Below are positions 18,948 to 28,744 of a stretch of DNA of 64,000 nt, in pieces. The first letter of the stretch is position 1; every line of letters starts with the position of its first letter. The DNA is from an uncultured candidate division Zixibacteria bacterium. GTDB taxonomy: Bacteria; Zixibacteria; MSB-5A5; GN15; PGXB01. The translations under genes and the position numbers were made by a program. The stretch covers positions 1,344,001 through 1,408,000 of the forward strand of contig OY969724.1 of the NCBI GenBank assembly GCA_963702205.1, written 5' to 3'. The notes under the pieces were generated by a model. It saw nothing but the letters and a program-made list of their open reading frames with translations, had not been told where the DNA came from and searched no databases.

Positions 18948-20441
18948 ATGTATGAATATGTGCTCAGTTCACTGATCTTTATCCCGCTGACCGGATTTCT
19001 CGTGGTCATGTTTCTTCCCAAAGAAAACTTCGGACTGATCCGATGGACATCGGCGTTGTTCTCTTTCGTCCCATTCGTTATTTCCGCCTGGTTGACCTAC
19101 GATTATTTCGTCGTGCATTCGTCATCGGCGGCGATGGTTTATGTCGAGGGACCGTTCGCGTGGATTCCGGTCTTAAATGCCCAGTATTTTCTTGGGGTCG
19201 ACGGTATTTCGGTGCCGATGTTGTTTTTGACCGGGCTTCTGGGATTTCTTTCGATTTTGGCTTCCTTTAATATAGTCAAGCGGGTTAAAGAATATTTCGC
19301 GTTCTTCCTGCTGTTGATTGCGGGCATGATGGGTGTCTTCTGCGCCCTCGATTTCTTCCTATTTTACGTTTTCTGGGAAGTCATGCTGGTCCCGATGTAT
19401 TTCCTGATCGGCATCTGGGGTGGTCCGCGAAAGGAATACGCCGCGATCAAGTTCTTCCTGTATACGCTGTTCGGTTCGATATTTATGCTGGTGTCGATCC
19501 TGGTTCTGTATTTCACCAGCGAGCCGCACACGCTTAACATGTTGACCCTGATTCAGACTGCCCCCGCTTTCAGTCATTCGCTGCAGATTATGTGCTTCGT
19601 GTTCTTCTTTATAGCATTTGCGATCAAGGTTCCGGTCTGGCCGTTCCATACATGGTTGCCCGACGCGCACGTCGAAGCGCCCACGGCCGTATCGGTCATC
19701 CTGGCCGGTGTGCTCCTTAAGATGGGGACATACGGTATGCTGAGAATTTCGTGGCCGATGTTTCCCGAGGCGACAAGGTATTTTTCGATACCGATAGCGA
19801 TATTGGGATTAATTGCCATCATATATGGCGCACTGGTTTCGATGGCCCAGAAGGACCTCAAGAAGCTGGTGGCGTATTCCTCGGTGTCGCACATGGGTTA
19901 CTGCATGCTGGCGCTGGGGGCGTTCAGTTCGGTGACGGCCATAACCGGGTGCATGTTCCAGATGATCAGCCACGGTTTGATCACGGGCGCGTTGTTCCTT
20001 CTGGTCGGCGTGCTTTATGACCGGGCTCACACCCGTGAAATCGCCGCGTTCGGCGGGCTGGGCGTGAAACTGCCGGTATACACGGGACTGATGGTGCTCT
20101 TTTCGATGGCCTCGCTCGGTTTGCCGGGGATGTCGGGCTTTGTTTCGGAATTCATGGTGTTTATCGGTTCGTTCAGCCAGCCCGGCTTCATGATTATCAC
20201 GGCCCTGGCCGTCCTCGGTGTGGTCCTTACGGCGGCGTACATGCTGCGTATGGTGCAGCGTATGTTTCTCGGTGAATTTAATCTCGCCAAATGGGGTGGG
20301 CTGAAAGAGATAGGTCTCCGAGAGATTCTCACGGTTGCCCCGCTGGGCCTATTGACCATAGTCATAGGTGTTTACCCTGCACCGCTTTCGAATATGCTGC
20401 GGGCGACGCTGGAAAACCTCGTTAACCTGATGGCGCGTTAA
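18948..20441 (+). CDS. nuoM: Complex I subunit M
   Basis: FAIKVPVWPFHTWLPDAHVEAPT, LVAYSSVSHMG. Confidence 0.96.
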   Translation: MYEYVLSSLIFIPLTGFLVVMFLPKENFGLIRWTSALFSFVPFVISAWLTYDYFVVHSSSAAMVYVEGPFAWIPVLNAQYFLGVDGISVPMLFLTGLLGFLSILASFNIVKRVKEYFAFFLLLIAGMMGVFCALDFFLFYVFWEVMLVPMYFLIGIWGGPRKEYAAIKFFLYTLFGSIFMLVSILVLYFTSEPHTLNMLTLIQTAPAFSHSLQIMCFVFFFIAFAIKVPVWPFHTWLPDAHVEAPTAVSVILAGVLLKMGTYGMLRISWPMFPEATRYFSIPIAILGLIAIIYGALVSMAQKDLKKLVAYSSVSHMGYCMLALGAFSSVTAITGCMFQMISHGLITGALFLLVGVLYDRAHTREIAAFGGLGVKLPVYTGLMVLFSMASLGLPGMSGFVSEFMVFIGSFSQPGFMIITALAVLGVVLTAAYMLRMVQRMFLGEFNLAKWGGLKEIGLREILTVAPLGLLTIVIGVYPAPLSNMLRATLENLVNLMAR

Positions 20442-20445
20442 TTAC

Positions 20446-21915
20446 ATGAATATGCCGGCATATAATTTAAAATTAATCACCCCCGAACTGTTTTTGTTTG
20501 TCTGGGCGACGCTGGTAATAATTCTCGATCTCGGGACCGGCCGCAAACAAACCAGGTCATTGGCGTGGACGGCCATGTTCGGCCTGCTGGTAACCGGCGT
20601 TTTGCTTTGTCTTACATGGGGCGGGATTACTTTCAATAATATGTACACATCCGATTCCCTGTCGGTCCTGTTCAAGGTAATTTTCCTCGGAGCGGCTTTC
20701 ATGGCGATCGGGTCGTCGTTCAGCATCCTGACCGAAAAAATAAAGAATCACCGGGGCGAATTTCTCGGCCTCATTATGTATTCGACGGTCGGCATGATGT
20801 TTCTGGCCTCGTCGAGTGAACTTATATCGCTTTATGTCGGACTGGAACTGACGACCATCCCGCTGTTCGTCCTGGCGGCGTTCTTCAAAGATGATCGTCT
20901 GTCGGTTGAGGCCGGCATGAAGTATTTCATCGTCGGGGCATTTTCATCGGCTATTCTGTTATACGGTCTGTCGCTTTTGTATGGCCTGAGCGGGACGACA
21001 GATATCGTCCAGATGAAGATAAATCTCTCGCTGTTGTTTTTGTCCTACGGCAAAATCGGCCCCGGATTGATTCTGGCGCTGATGATGGTTATCGCGGGTA
21101 TCGGTTTCAAACTGGCGCTGGTGCCGTTTCATATGTGGGCTCCCGATGTGTATCAGGGCTCTCCCACACCGGTGACGGGATTTTTGTCGGTCGGTTCCAA
21201 GGCGGCCGGTTTGATCGCCTTTGCGAGAATTTTTGTCAACGGCCTGATCGCGTTTTCAGGTTCGGTTATGCGGCCGCTCGACTGGGGAACGATTATCGCC
21301 GTTTTGGCTGCCGCGGCCATGGTCTGGGGAAATCTGGCGGCCATTCGGCAGGATAATATCAAACGCATGCTGGCGTTTTCCTCGATCGCCCAGGTCGGTT
21401 ATATCATGGTCGGTATGGTTTCGGCGAGCGCCATGGGCATTGCCTCGATTGGATATTATATGTTCGTTTACCTGTTTGCCAATATGGGTGCTTTTGCTGC
21501 CGCGACGTTTTTCGAAGATCGCTCCGGCTCGGACAAGATCACCAGCTATGCCGGTCTGTCGCAATCATCGCCGGCTTTTGCCGCCTGTTTGTCGATTTTC
21601 ATGCTGTCGCTGGCGGGGATCCCGCCTATGGGCGGTTTTGCGGCCAAGTATCTGGTGTTCGCGGCGGGTATTCAGGCCGGATATACCTGGCTGGTGATTC
21701 TGGGGCTATTGATGGCGGTGGTATCGTTATATTATTATGCCAACGTGGTCAAGGTGATGTATTTCGCGCCCAGCAAATCTCTTTTCGATCTGAAACTGTC
21801 TTTCACCGCGCGGCTGATACTGGCGATCGGCGTGATTGGGGTCATTTTATTTGGCATTTATCCGGAGCCTGTTATTAAGTTTGCCCTCGATTCGGCAGCG
21901 GCTTTTGCCTTCTGA
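20446..21915 (+). CDS. nuoN: Complex I subunit N
   Basis: EAGMKYF, FKLALVPFHMWAPDVYQGSPTP, IKRMLAFSSIA. Confidence 0.95.
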   Translation: MNMPAYNLKLITPELFLFVWATLVIILDLGTGRKQTRSLAWTAMFGLLVTGVLLCLTWGGITFNNMYTSDSLSVLFKVIFLGAAFMAIGSSFSILTEKIKNHRGEFLGLIMYSTVGMMFLASSSELISLYVGLELTTIPLFVLAAFFKDDRLSVEAGMKYFIVGAFSSAILLYGLSLLYGLSGTTDIVQMKINLSLLFLSYGKIGPGLILALMMVIAGIGFKLALVPFHMWAPDVYQGSPTPVTGFLSVGSKAAGLIAFARIFVNGLIAFSGSVMRPLDWGTIIAVLAAAAMVWGNLAAIRQDNIKRMLAFSSIAQVGYIMVGMVSASAMGIASIGYYMFVYLFANMGAFAAATFFEDRSGSDKITSYAGLSQSSPAFAACLSIFMLSLAGIPPMGGFAAKYLVFAAGIQAGYTWLVILGLLMAVVSLYYYANVVKVMYFAPSKSLFDLKLSFTARLILAIGVIGVILFGIYPEPVIKFALDSAAAFAF

Positions 21916-22011
21916 TTTATCATCACAATCAGCGGCCGGTATTCTGAAACGATTTTCGGTGTGTATAAATAATAGATTTGGCCGATTATTCGTACCGGGG
22001 ATTATTATAGT

Positions 22012-22653
22012 ATGTCCTTGCTGCAAATAGTCAAAGATGTTATCCGTCGCCAGTTCGTTTCGGGCGTCCTGGTAGTCGTCCCTCTGATTCTCACCTATGT
22101 CGTCCTGCGATTTTTATTCGAATCGTTCGATGGAATCCTCTCGCCGGTGGTCGAACGCGTTTTCGGTTATCATATTCCCGGATTGGGGATTATCACGACG
22201 ATCCTGCTTATTCTCCTGACCGGCTTTTTCACCCGGAATTTTCTTGGGGCAAGAATTTATCGTTTCGGCGATAATATTTTGACGCGGACCCCGATAATTC
22301 GTATTTTCTATCTCGCGGCCAAGCAGTTGATCGAAGCGATCACGATACCGAATATAAAAAGTTTTAAAGAGGTCGTGATGATTGAATATCCCCGGGTCGG
22401 CTCGTTCGCGCTGGGTTTCGCGACCGCCCGGATAAAAATCGATGAAGTCAGCCAAAAAAACCTGGTTGGCGTTTTTGTGCCCTCGACTCCGACCCCGGTT
22501 TCCGGTATCGTGATCTTCGTGCCCGAAGACGAGGTTCATCACCTGGACCTGACGATTGAAGAAGGAATCAAGATGATCGTCTCCGGGGGCATCGTGACTC
22601 CGGATTCGCTGAAAGCGAGACAAGTTCCGATATCTTTTAAGAAGGAGGACTGA
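22012..22653 (+). CDS. DUF502 family membrane protein
   Basis: Two N-terminal TMs; IEYPR and VFVPSTPTPVSG motifs. Confidence 0.85.
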   Translation: MSLLQIVKDVIRRQFVSGVLVVVPLILTYVVLRFLFESFDGILSPVVERVFGYHIPGLGIITTILLILLTGFFTRNFLGARIYRFGDNILTRTPIIRIFYLAAKQLIEAITIPNIKSFKEVVMIEYPRVGSFALGFATARIKIDEVSQKNLVGVFVPSTPTPVSGIVIFVPEDEVHHLDLTIEEGIKMIVSGGIVTPDSLKARQVPISFKKED

Positions 22654-22661
22654 CGGGCTTT

Positions 22662-23567
22662 ATGCGACTGGCAAATATGCTCAAAGAGGAATTTATCGTC
22701 GATGAACTCACGGCATCGACCAAGGAAGAGGCCATCGACGAACTGCTTGACCTTTTGAGACAGGCCAAACCGGGCATCTCTTTCGATCGTGTCCGGGCCA
22801 TGATTCTCGAAAGGGAGGAAATAGAGAATACATCGTACGGGCGGGGCTTCGCTTTCCCGCACGCCCGCACCGATGAAGTCGACGACATGGTGGTCCTTCT
22901 GGGGATTTCGAAAGCCGGATTAAATGACAAAACCCCAGATAATGTTCCTCTTAAAGTCATAATCCTGCTTTTAACTCCGACCCAAATCTCAAAATTGTAT
23001 CTTCAGACGTTGTCGGCCTTCGCCGCTTTTGCCCGAATCGAGGGCAACCGGGAGAAAATAATCGCCGCCGAAAACCGGGCGGACATTATAGATATTATCT
23101 GGCAAAGCGGGGTGGCGGTCGAGAAACAGTTGACGGTCAAGGATATAATGCGTCGCGGGGTGGCGACGGTTACACCCGATGACTCCCTCAAGCGAGTCGC
23201 CAATCTTATGTTCAAAAATCGCCTGTCGGCCCTGGCGGTAGTTGACGACGACGGCAATCTCCTGGGCCAGATAACCGATAAAGACCTGATTCGGGCGGCC
23301 CTTCCGGATTACAAGACGCTCATTTCCAACCTTAACTATTCGACAGAAACCGAGCCGTTCGAGGAGCTTCTTAAACAAGAGGACAAAATCAAGGTCAGTC
23401 AGCTATATACACAAGATCATGAAATCGCGACGCTCAACACAACTCTGGTCGAAGTGGCGGCGATGATGATTTTTAAGGACCTGCGGCGGGTTTTCGTGGC
23501 CGAGGGCTCGCGGCTGGTCGGGATTCTGCTTCGCAAAGACATTGTCAATATGATTATTCGGGGATAG
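22662..23567 (+). CDS. PTS EIIA (Ntr/Fru-type) domain fused to a CBS pair
   Basis: ILEREE...GFAFPHAR (phospho-His) followed by TVKDIMRRGVATVTPDDSL...LLGQITDKD and a second CBS repeat. Confidence 0.85.
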   Translation: MRLANMLKEEFIVDELTASTKEEAIDELLDLLRQAKPGISFDRVRAMILEREEIENTSYGRGFAFPHARTDEVDDMVVLLGISKAGLNDKTPDNVPLKVIILLLTPTQISKLYLQTLSAFAAFARIEGNREKIIAAENRADIIDIIWQSGVAVEKQLTVKDIMRRGVATVTPDDSLKRVANLMFKNRLSALAVVDDDGNLLGQITDKDLIRAALPDYKTLISNLNYSTETEPFEELLKQEDKIKVSQLYTQDHEIATLNTTLVEVAAMMIFKDLRRVFVAEGSRLVGILLRKDIVNMIIRG

Positions 23568-23686
23568 GCCGAATTTTAAGCGCTCCAATAGTTATCCACA
23601 TTTAATATCAGACCTGATTTAGGCTATTTGGACGATATTCCCGGAAAGATTTCCACATTATATATATAGTATGTGTGGAAAAGATG

Positions 23687-24637
23687 TTATTTGGCTGTTT
23701 CTTGCTTTTCCTGAGGCCAGATAAGTGATGCGATCACAGAAATTACCAGCAGGGCGGAGATTACTGTGAGCGCGATCCAGATTGGAATATGGACGAATTT
23801 CGCCACCAGCATTTTGAGCCCGACAAAGGACAGAATAGCTCCGAGTCCGTATTTCAGATAATAAAACATATGCATCAGGGCTGCCAGGGCGAAATAAAGA
23901 GCCCTCAGGCCCAAAATGGCGAAGACATTCGAGGAATAGACAATGAACGGGTCAAGGGTTATGGCGAAAATGGCCGGGATGGAATCGAGGGCGAAGACGA
24001 TATCGGTCGACTCGACCACAACCAGGACGATAAACAAGGGCGTGGCGAATTTGGCCCCTTCCTTCAGTATGAAAAATTTCCCCTCATGATAATTTTGGGT
24101 GACCGGGACGATCTTGCGGACGAACCGTAACACCGGGTTTTTCTCCGGCTCGATTTCTTTATCACCGGCGAAGGCCATTTTTATACCGGCGTAGATGAGA
24201 AAAGCGCCGAATATGTACAGTATCCAGCTGAATCTCGCGACCAGAAAGGTCCCGGTGGCAATAAACAAACCGCGGAAGATCAAAGCTCCGAGAATGCCCC
24301 AGAACAAAACCCGGTATTGATAGCGTTCCGAGACCTTGAAATAAGAAAATATCAGCAGGAATACGAACAAGTTGTCAATAGAAAGCGAGCGCTCGATAAA
24401 ATAGCCGGTAAAAAACTCCAGCGCGGTCGTGCCGCCTTTCCAGAAGTAGACGAAGACGTTGAACAGCAGCGCCACGATTACCCAGATCACCGACCAGATC
24501 AGGCTTTCTTTCATCGTTATTTTGTGATCTTTGCGGTGGAAGATACCGAGGTCGAGCCCGAGAAGAACCAGTACGAGCAGGTTAAAGCTGGTCCACAGGA
24601 ATATTTTATGGGAGAGAATCTGGGTTATCGTTTCCAT
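23687..24637 (-). CDS. terC: TerC/Alx family membrane protein
   Basis: GYFIERSLSIDNLFVF, QYRVLFWGILGAL, DIVFALDSIPAIFA, SNVFAILGLRALYF. Confidence 0.92.
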   Translation of the reverse strand: METITQILSHKIFLWTSFNLLVLVLLGLDLGIFHRKDHKITMKESLIWSVIWVIVALLFNVFVYFWKGGTTALEFFTGYFIERSLSIDNLFVFLLIFSYFKVSERYQYRVLFWGILGALIFRGLFIATGTFLVARFSWILYIFGAFLIYAGIKMAFAGDKEIEPEKNPVLRFVRKIVPVTQNYHEGKFFILKEGAKFATPLFIVLVVVESTDIVFALDSIPAIFAITLDPFIVYSSNVFAILGLRALYFALAALMHMFYYLKYGLGAILSFVGLKMLVAKFVHIPIWIALTVISALLVISVIASLIWPQEKQETAK

Positions 24638-24645
24638 CAGACGCC

Positions 24646-24674
24646 AGAATACGATTGCAGGGCCGTTTTGTCAA
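24646..24674 (-). promoter_or_regulatory. sigma70-type promoter of terC (probably leaderless mRNA)
   Basis: Minus strand TTGACA-17 nt-TATTCT-8 nt-ATG; no SD. Confidence 0.7.
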
Positions 24675-24950
24675 CAAACATCGTTGGTTATCATTGCCGG
24701 GTTGAGGCTATATCCCTGCCGGTCACTCTTACTCCAGGCGCTCGGGCACATGTGGACATGTGCCGCGCACAAAATGTGCCTCGTACAAAAAAATGACCGT
24801 CAGGTCTCATCACGATTGCATCGGGAAATGGCCTGACGGAACTGAATAATCGGCAGTATGAGACAGTGGGAACATTACTTCAATAAAAAGCCGGGTTCTT
24901 TGTCACACTTAACTTGAAACCCGGCCTGATTTTTCTACGATGACTTGCCG

Positions 24951-25640
24951 TCAGCTTGGTTTATTATCGCCTTTGGGTTTTTCACGAAAGCCGATTCGCG
25001 GGAAAGGATTTATCACGGCGCTGGCGATATTAGTCAAATGCGAGGCGATTCGTTTCAGGTAACGGAAATATAGGGCCAGGGCGACGGCATCGGGCGCGGA
25101 GAGGCTTTCGTCTTTTCCCAGCAGGATTTCATTGAGCGCCAGATCGCATTTTCCGGAGACATCGCGGTGTTCCGACATAATCCTTCGGGCCAGCTCGACG
25201 TCTTTTTCCAGCAGACTTTTCACCAGTTCCCGGAAACGAATTTTAACCCGGTCTTCGACTTCGACCAGAGTATCTTCGAGATCGCCGCCTTCCAGACGGG
25301 CAGGATGGGCCACGGCCAGTTCGGCTATATTCTTGGTATAATCGCCGATTCGTTCCACGTCGATTACGATTGATATCAGCACCAGCCCGATTCCAACGTT
25401 TTTATTTTCGGAAATGGTCAGGTGGGTCAGGACGTTGCGGCGCACTTCGCGTTCGAACTTGTTGATCATCTTGTCTTTTTCGTAGATGTTGAACGGCAGT
25501 TTGGCGCTGTCAAGATGGCGCAGCGAATTGACGCTGGCCAGAAACATCTCCTCGTCGGTTTCGAGCATGGTCACCGTTGTTTCGTAGGATTGATCGAGGA
25601 GGCTTTCCTTGCGGAACATTTTAAGGAGTTCTTCAAGCAT
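24951..25640 (-). CDS. PhoU-like protein
   Basis: Two PhoU-like repeats: DKMINKFE...DVERIGDY and YLKRIASHLTNIA. Confidence 0.85.
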   Translation of the reverse strand: MLEELLKMFRKESLLDQSYETTVTMLETDEEMFLASVNSLRHLDSAKLPFNIYEKDKMINKFEREVRRNVLTHLTISENKNVGIGLVLISIVIDVERIGDYTKNIAELAVAHPARLEGGDLEDTLVEVEDRVKIRFRELVKSLLEKDVELARRIMSEHRDVSGKCDLALNEILLGKDESLSAPDAVALALYFRYLKRIASHLTNIASAVINPFPRIGFREKPKGDNKPS

Positions 25641-25646
25641 ATTTTA

Positions 25647-26786
25647 TCACCTCAGCAAATAAATTAGCATTAGTGGAAATACGAAAAACACGACTACGGT
25701 AATTCCGATCGGGATAAGTTTGGACTTTTGTATTAATCCGGCGGCCAATTCAGCCAGCCCGATCGGGATTTTTTTCAACGGCAGCCAGATGACAATACCG
25801 CAAACGTTGAAAAGCAGGTGAGATAGGGCTACAGCCAGGGCTGCCGGATTGCCGGTAACCATTGCGGCCATAATCGCAGTGACCGTTGTCCCGACATTTG
25901 CTCCCAACGTGAACGGATAAACACGATTAAGAGATAATACTCCGGCCCCCACGAGGGGAACAATCAATGACGTCGTTATGGAAGAAGATTGAACGATCGA
26001 TGTTAGCACAAATCCCAGCAATAGGGCCCTTAGCGTAGTTTTAAAAATATACCTTTGGAAGAATATTTCGACCCGACTTAAGACCAACGACTTTAAGATT
26101 TTGACCATGTATCTGAGGGCCAATATCAATAACAAAATGGCAATCGCGGCCGATATCCATCCGCTGTGGCTGTCGATATTTATTATAAACTCGGTAAGCG
26201 GCTTGGTGATAAACTTTATGGGTGATCCGAAAGAAAGGCCCCCCATGTTTTCGAAAATACTTTCGAATAAAATTGCCAGTTTGCTCAAAAAATGCGTGGT
26301 TAGTTGAAGCGGGAAAAGAACCAGTACGGATAATATATTGAAGATGTCGTGCACGACGGCTCCGGAGTAGGCTCGCTGATATTCATCGCTGTTCGCAATG
26401 TGAGTTAATGACACAATCGTATTGGTGACAGTTGTCCCTATGTTGGCCCCCATGATTATGGGAATGGCATTTTCAATGCTTAGTATGCCTCCGCCGACCA
26501 TACCCACAACGATTGATGTGGTCGTGGATGAAGATTGAATTACCGATGTGGCAAGGATACCAATAAAAAGCCCGACCACCGGATGAGCCGTAGTGGCAAG
26601 AAGTGATTTGGCGAAGTCCTTCCCGAAGAGCTTGAAGGAATCGCCTAAAAGCGCTATTGAAAGAATAAAGAGATACAGAAAAACCAGCAGTCCGAAAATC
26701 TTCAGAACGACCGTAAAGATTTCTTTATCCGGACGCCTAAGCTGCTGAAATAATCCGCCCCCCGAGGAAGCCTTAATCGCCTCCAC
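25647..26786 (-). CDS. Na+/phosphate cotransporter (NptA/SLC34 family)
   Basis: Duplicated QSSS motifs with GANIGT/GANVGT. Confidence 0.9.
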   Translation of the reverse strand: MEAIKASSGGGLFQQLRRPDKEIFTVVLKIFGLLVFLYLFILSIALLGDSFKLFGKDFAKSLLATTAHPVVGLFIGILATSVIQSSSTTTSIVVGMVGGGILSIENAIPIIMGANIGTTVTNTIVSLTHIANSDEYQRAYSGAVVHDIFNILSVLVLFPLQLTTHFLSKLAILFESIFENMGGLSFGSPIKFITKPLTEFIINIDSHSGWISAAIAILLLILALRYMVKILKSLVLSRVEIFFQRYIFKTTLRALLLGFVLTSIVQSSSITTSLIVPLVGAGVLSLNRVYPFTLGANVGTTVTAIMAAMVTGNPAALAVALSHLLFNVCGIVIWLPLKKIPIGLAELAAGLIQKSKLIPIGITVVVFFVFPLMLIYLLR

Positions 26787-26877
26787 CCGGATCCTCTCCT
26801 GGTTGTTATCCCGCCAAATTTTCGGCGAATATAAACCTCAGGTGGGATCAAGTCAATTGATATATCCGACTAAATTA

Positions 26878-27399
26878 TCAACCCCGGATTTTTTTTATGG
26901 CCCAGCCCAGGCGTTTGCCATATTCCACGCAGGCGGTGAGAGTATCATCGGTCGGCCCCTCGGTCCCGTCAAGTCCCACATGGGCCACCGGGCCCCACTG
27001 ATTGGCCCCTTTACCGTAGCCGGGCATATCGTTGACGAATCCGGTCATCACCAACCCCAGTTCGAGGAGGGTTCCGTAAAGTGCTATCTGGGTCGTTTCG
27101 ATCCCGGAGTTTGGGTTTCCACCGGAGACAAAGACGCCGCCGACGCGATTTTTTAAAGCGGCCTTTAACCACAAGCCGCTGGTGCCTTCGATAAAGGTTT
27201 TCAGACGACCGCCCACCGATCCCATCCGGACAGGAGAGCCCAGGACGATTCCATCGTATTCGAGCAAATCCTCGGCTTTGACGTCGGCTGGTTTGGCCAT
27301 AGTGACGTCGATGTCTTCTTCTTCGAGGCCCTGCAAAATTTTGCCGGCCATTTGTTCGATATGACCATATTCCGACATATACACAATAATAGCTTTCAT
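26878..27399 (-). CDS. Flavodoxin/WrbA-like NAD(P)H oxidoreductase
   Basis: IVYMSEYGHIEQMA, YDGIVLGSP, GGVFVSGG. Confidence 0.85.
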   Translation of the reverse strand: MKAIIVYMSEYGHIEQMAGKILQGLEEEDIDVTMAKPADVKAEDLLEYDGIVLGSPVRMGSVGGRLKTFIEGTSGLWLKAALKNRVGGVFVSGGNPNSGIETTQIALYGTLLELGLVMTGFVNDMPGYGKGANQWGPVAHVGLDGTEGPTDDTLTACVEYGKRLGWAIKKIRG

Positions 27400-27471
27400 C
27401 CTTTTCCCTCTCTTTTAAAAATGAATTGCAGATTTCCAAACAATACGGACGGACACGAAATCATCGCAGAA

Positions 27472-28680
27472 TCAATTTTTCTGAAAAGGTCCGATATCCA
27501 AAAGACTGTCAGTGGGGAGCGGCTCATCCTCGGGAATTTCGTGCACAGGGACCATCAGGAGGTCGACGTCTTCGCCTTCCCTGATAAGCTGCAAATAAAC
27601 GCCGTCGGTGTCAATTTTATCCAGAATTTTGGCCATCAGTTCGCGCGCATTACGGGGGTACTCACCGTTAACCCGTTTGATCTGGTCGCCGACCATGAGA
27701 CCGTTGGCATAGGCCAGCCCGAGCGTGTCGATATCGACCACTTCGAGGTATCCCCGCGACGTTTTGGACACCGAAAAGCCGAGTCGACCACCCCCGGCAG
27801 AGAGCTTCATCTGAGCCTGACTATTCTGATCATGGGGCTTGACACTCCGCACGCGCGGCGCTTTGGTCAGCTCGATCAGGGGCGAGAAAGCCGATTCGCG
27901 GGTGATGTAGAAAAGCATCGGAGTTTCGGGACTGAGTTTCCAGTTGTGGCGGAAATGATTGCGGTAAATTTCCCAGCCGGGATTGTGGATCCGGAATTCT
28001 TCCGATCCCAGAATCTGATCGAGGCTGTCGGTGGGCATGACCAGTTCGGCGGTGGCGACGGCCAGTGTCAGCGAAAGAATATCGAAGCGGTACTGCGATT
28101 GTTCCATCAGCGGGTGCCGTCCGACGCCCGAATTGCGGTACTGCACCTGGTAAAGCTGCATGAGGTTTCTTCCGGACAATATTCTAATCAGGTTGAAAAA
28201 TCGGTACAGACCGGTCGGAGCGGCTTCGATATACGTCTGATGTTTGATTCCTTCAATCGGCAGAATAAGAGGGTCATACATAAATTCAACCGGCAGATAG
28301 CGCAGAAGGTGGACGTCCAGACCGCGCTCGACCCAGTTGACCCCGGACAGGGTTTCGATGACACCGAGAATTTTTGTTCCGAGGCTGTCCCACATGGCGA
28401 CCAGGGATGAATCATTGTTCGCCGCTTTGCGCAGGTCGCGGTAGACGCCGTATTCGCTTTTGTAATAATCGGGGTAGAAATCTCTTTGAAGATAGAAACT
28501 GTTGGTGACGAGATCGACCTCGGGCAGGTTCGCCCGGAAATAGGCCGAGTCCGGCCAGTTGGCCATCGAATCGGCCGGAGCCGTTTCCTGCTCATCGGGC
28601 GTATCCTGTGCCATTGCTGTCCCGAATAACAGAGTCAGTGACAGCAAGATTGCCCAAAAATAATAGTGTCGTCGTTTCAT
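27472..28680 (-). CDS. Exported protein with C-terminal PDZ domain
   Basis: Signal peptide; GRLGFSV...GLAYANGLMVGDQIKRVNG PDZ signature. Confidence 0.8.
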   Translation of the reverse strand: MKRRHYYFWAILLSLTLLFGTAMAQDTPDEQETAPADSMANWPDSAYFRANLPEVDLVTNSFYLQRDFYPDYYKSEYGVYRDLRKAANNDSSLVAMWDSLGTKILGVIETLSGVNWVERGLDVHLLRYLPVEFMYDPLILPIEGIKHQTYIEAAPTGLYRFFNLIRILSGRNLMQLYQVQYRNSGVGRHPLMEQSQYRFDILSLTLAVATAELVMPTDSLDQILGSEEFRIHNPGWEIYRNHFRHNWKLSPETPMLFYITRESAFSPLIELTKAPRVRSVKPHDQNSQAQMKLSAGGGRLGFSVSKTSRGYLEVVDIDTLGLAYANGLMVGDQIKRVNGEYPRNARELMAKILDKIDTDGVYLQLIREGEDVDLLMVPVHEIPEDEPLPTDSLLDIGPFQKN

Positions 28681-28744
28681 CGGGCCATAATCTGCGAATA
28701 TTCCGCCCGTAACGCAAGACTAAATTACAAGAATATCGTTTGGA

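Noticed and set aside
24675..24900. yybP-ykoY manganese riboswitch upstream of terC
   Set aside because: GAGACC and GGAGTA-like pieces are in the wrong order, the hairpins match the REP families, and the promoter lies directly at the ATG
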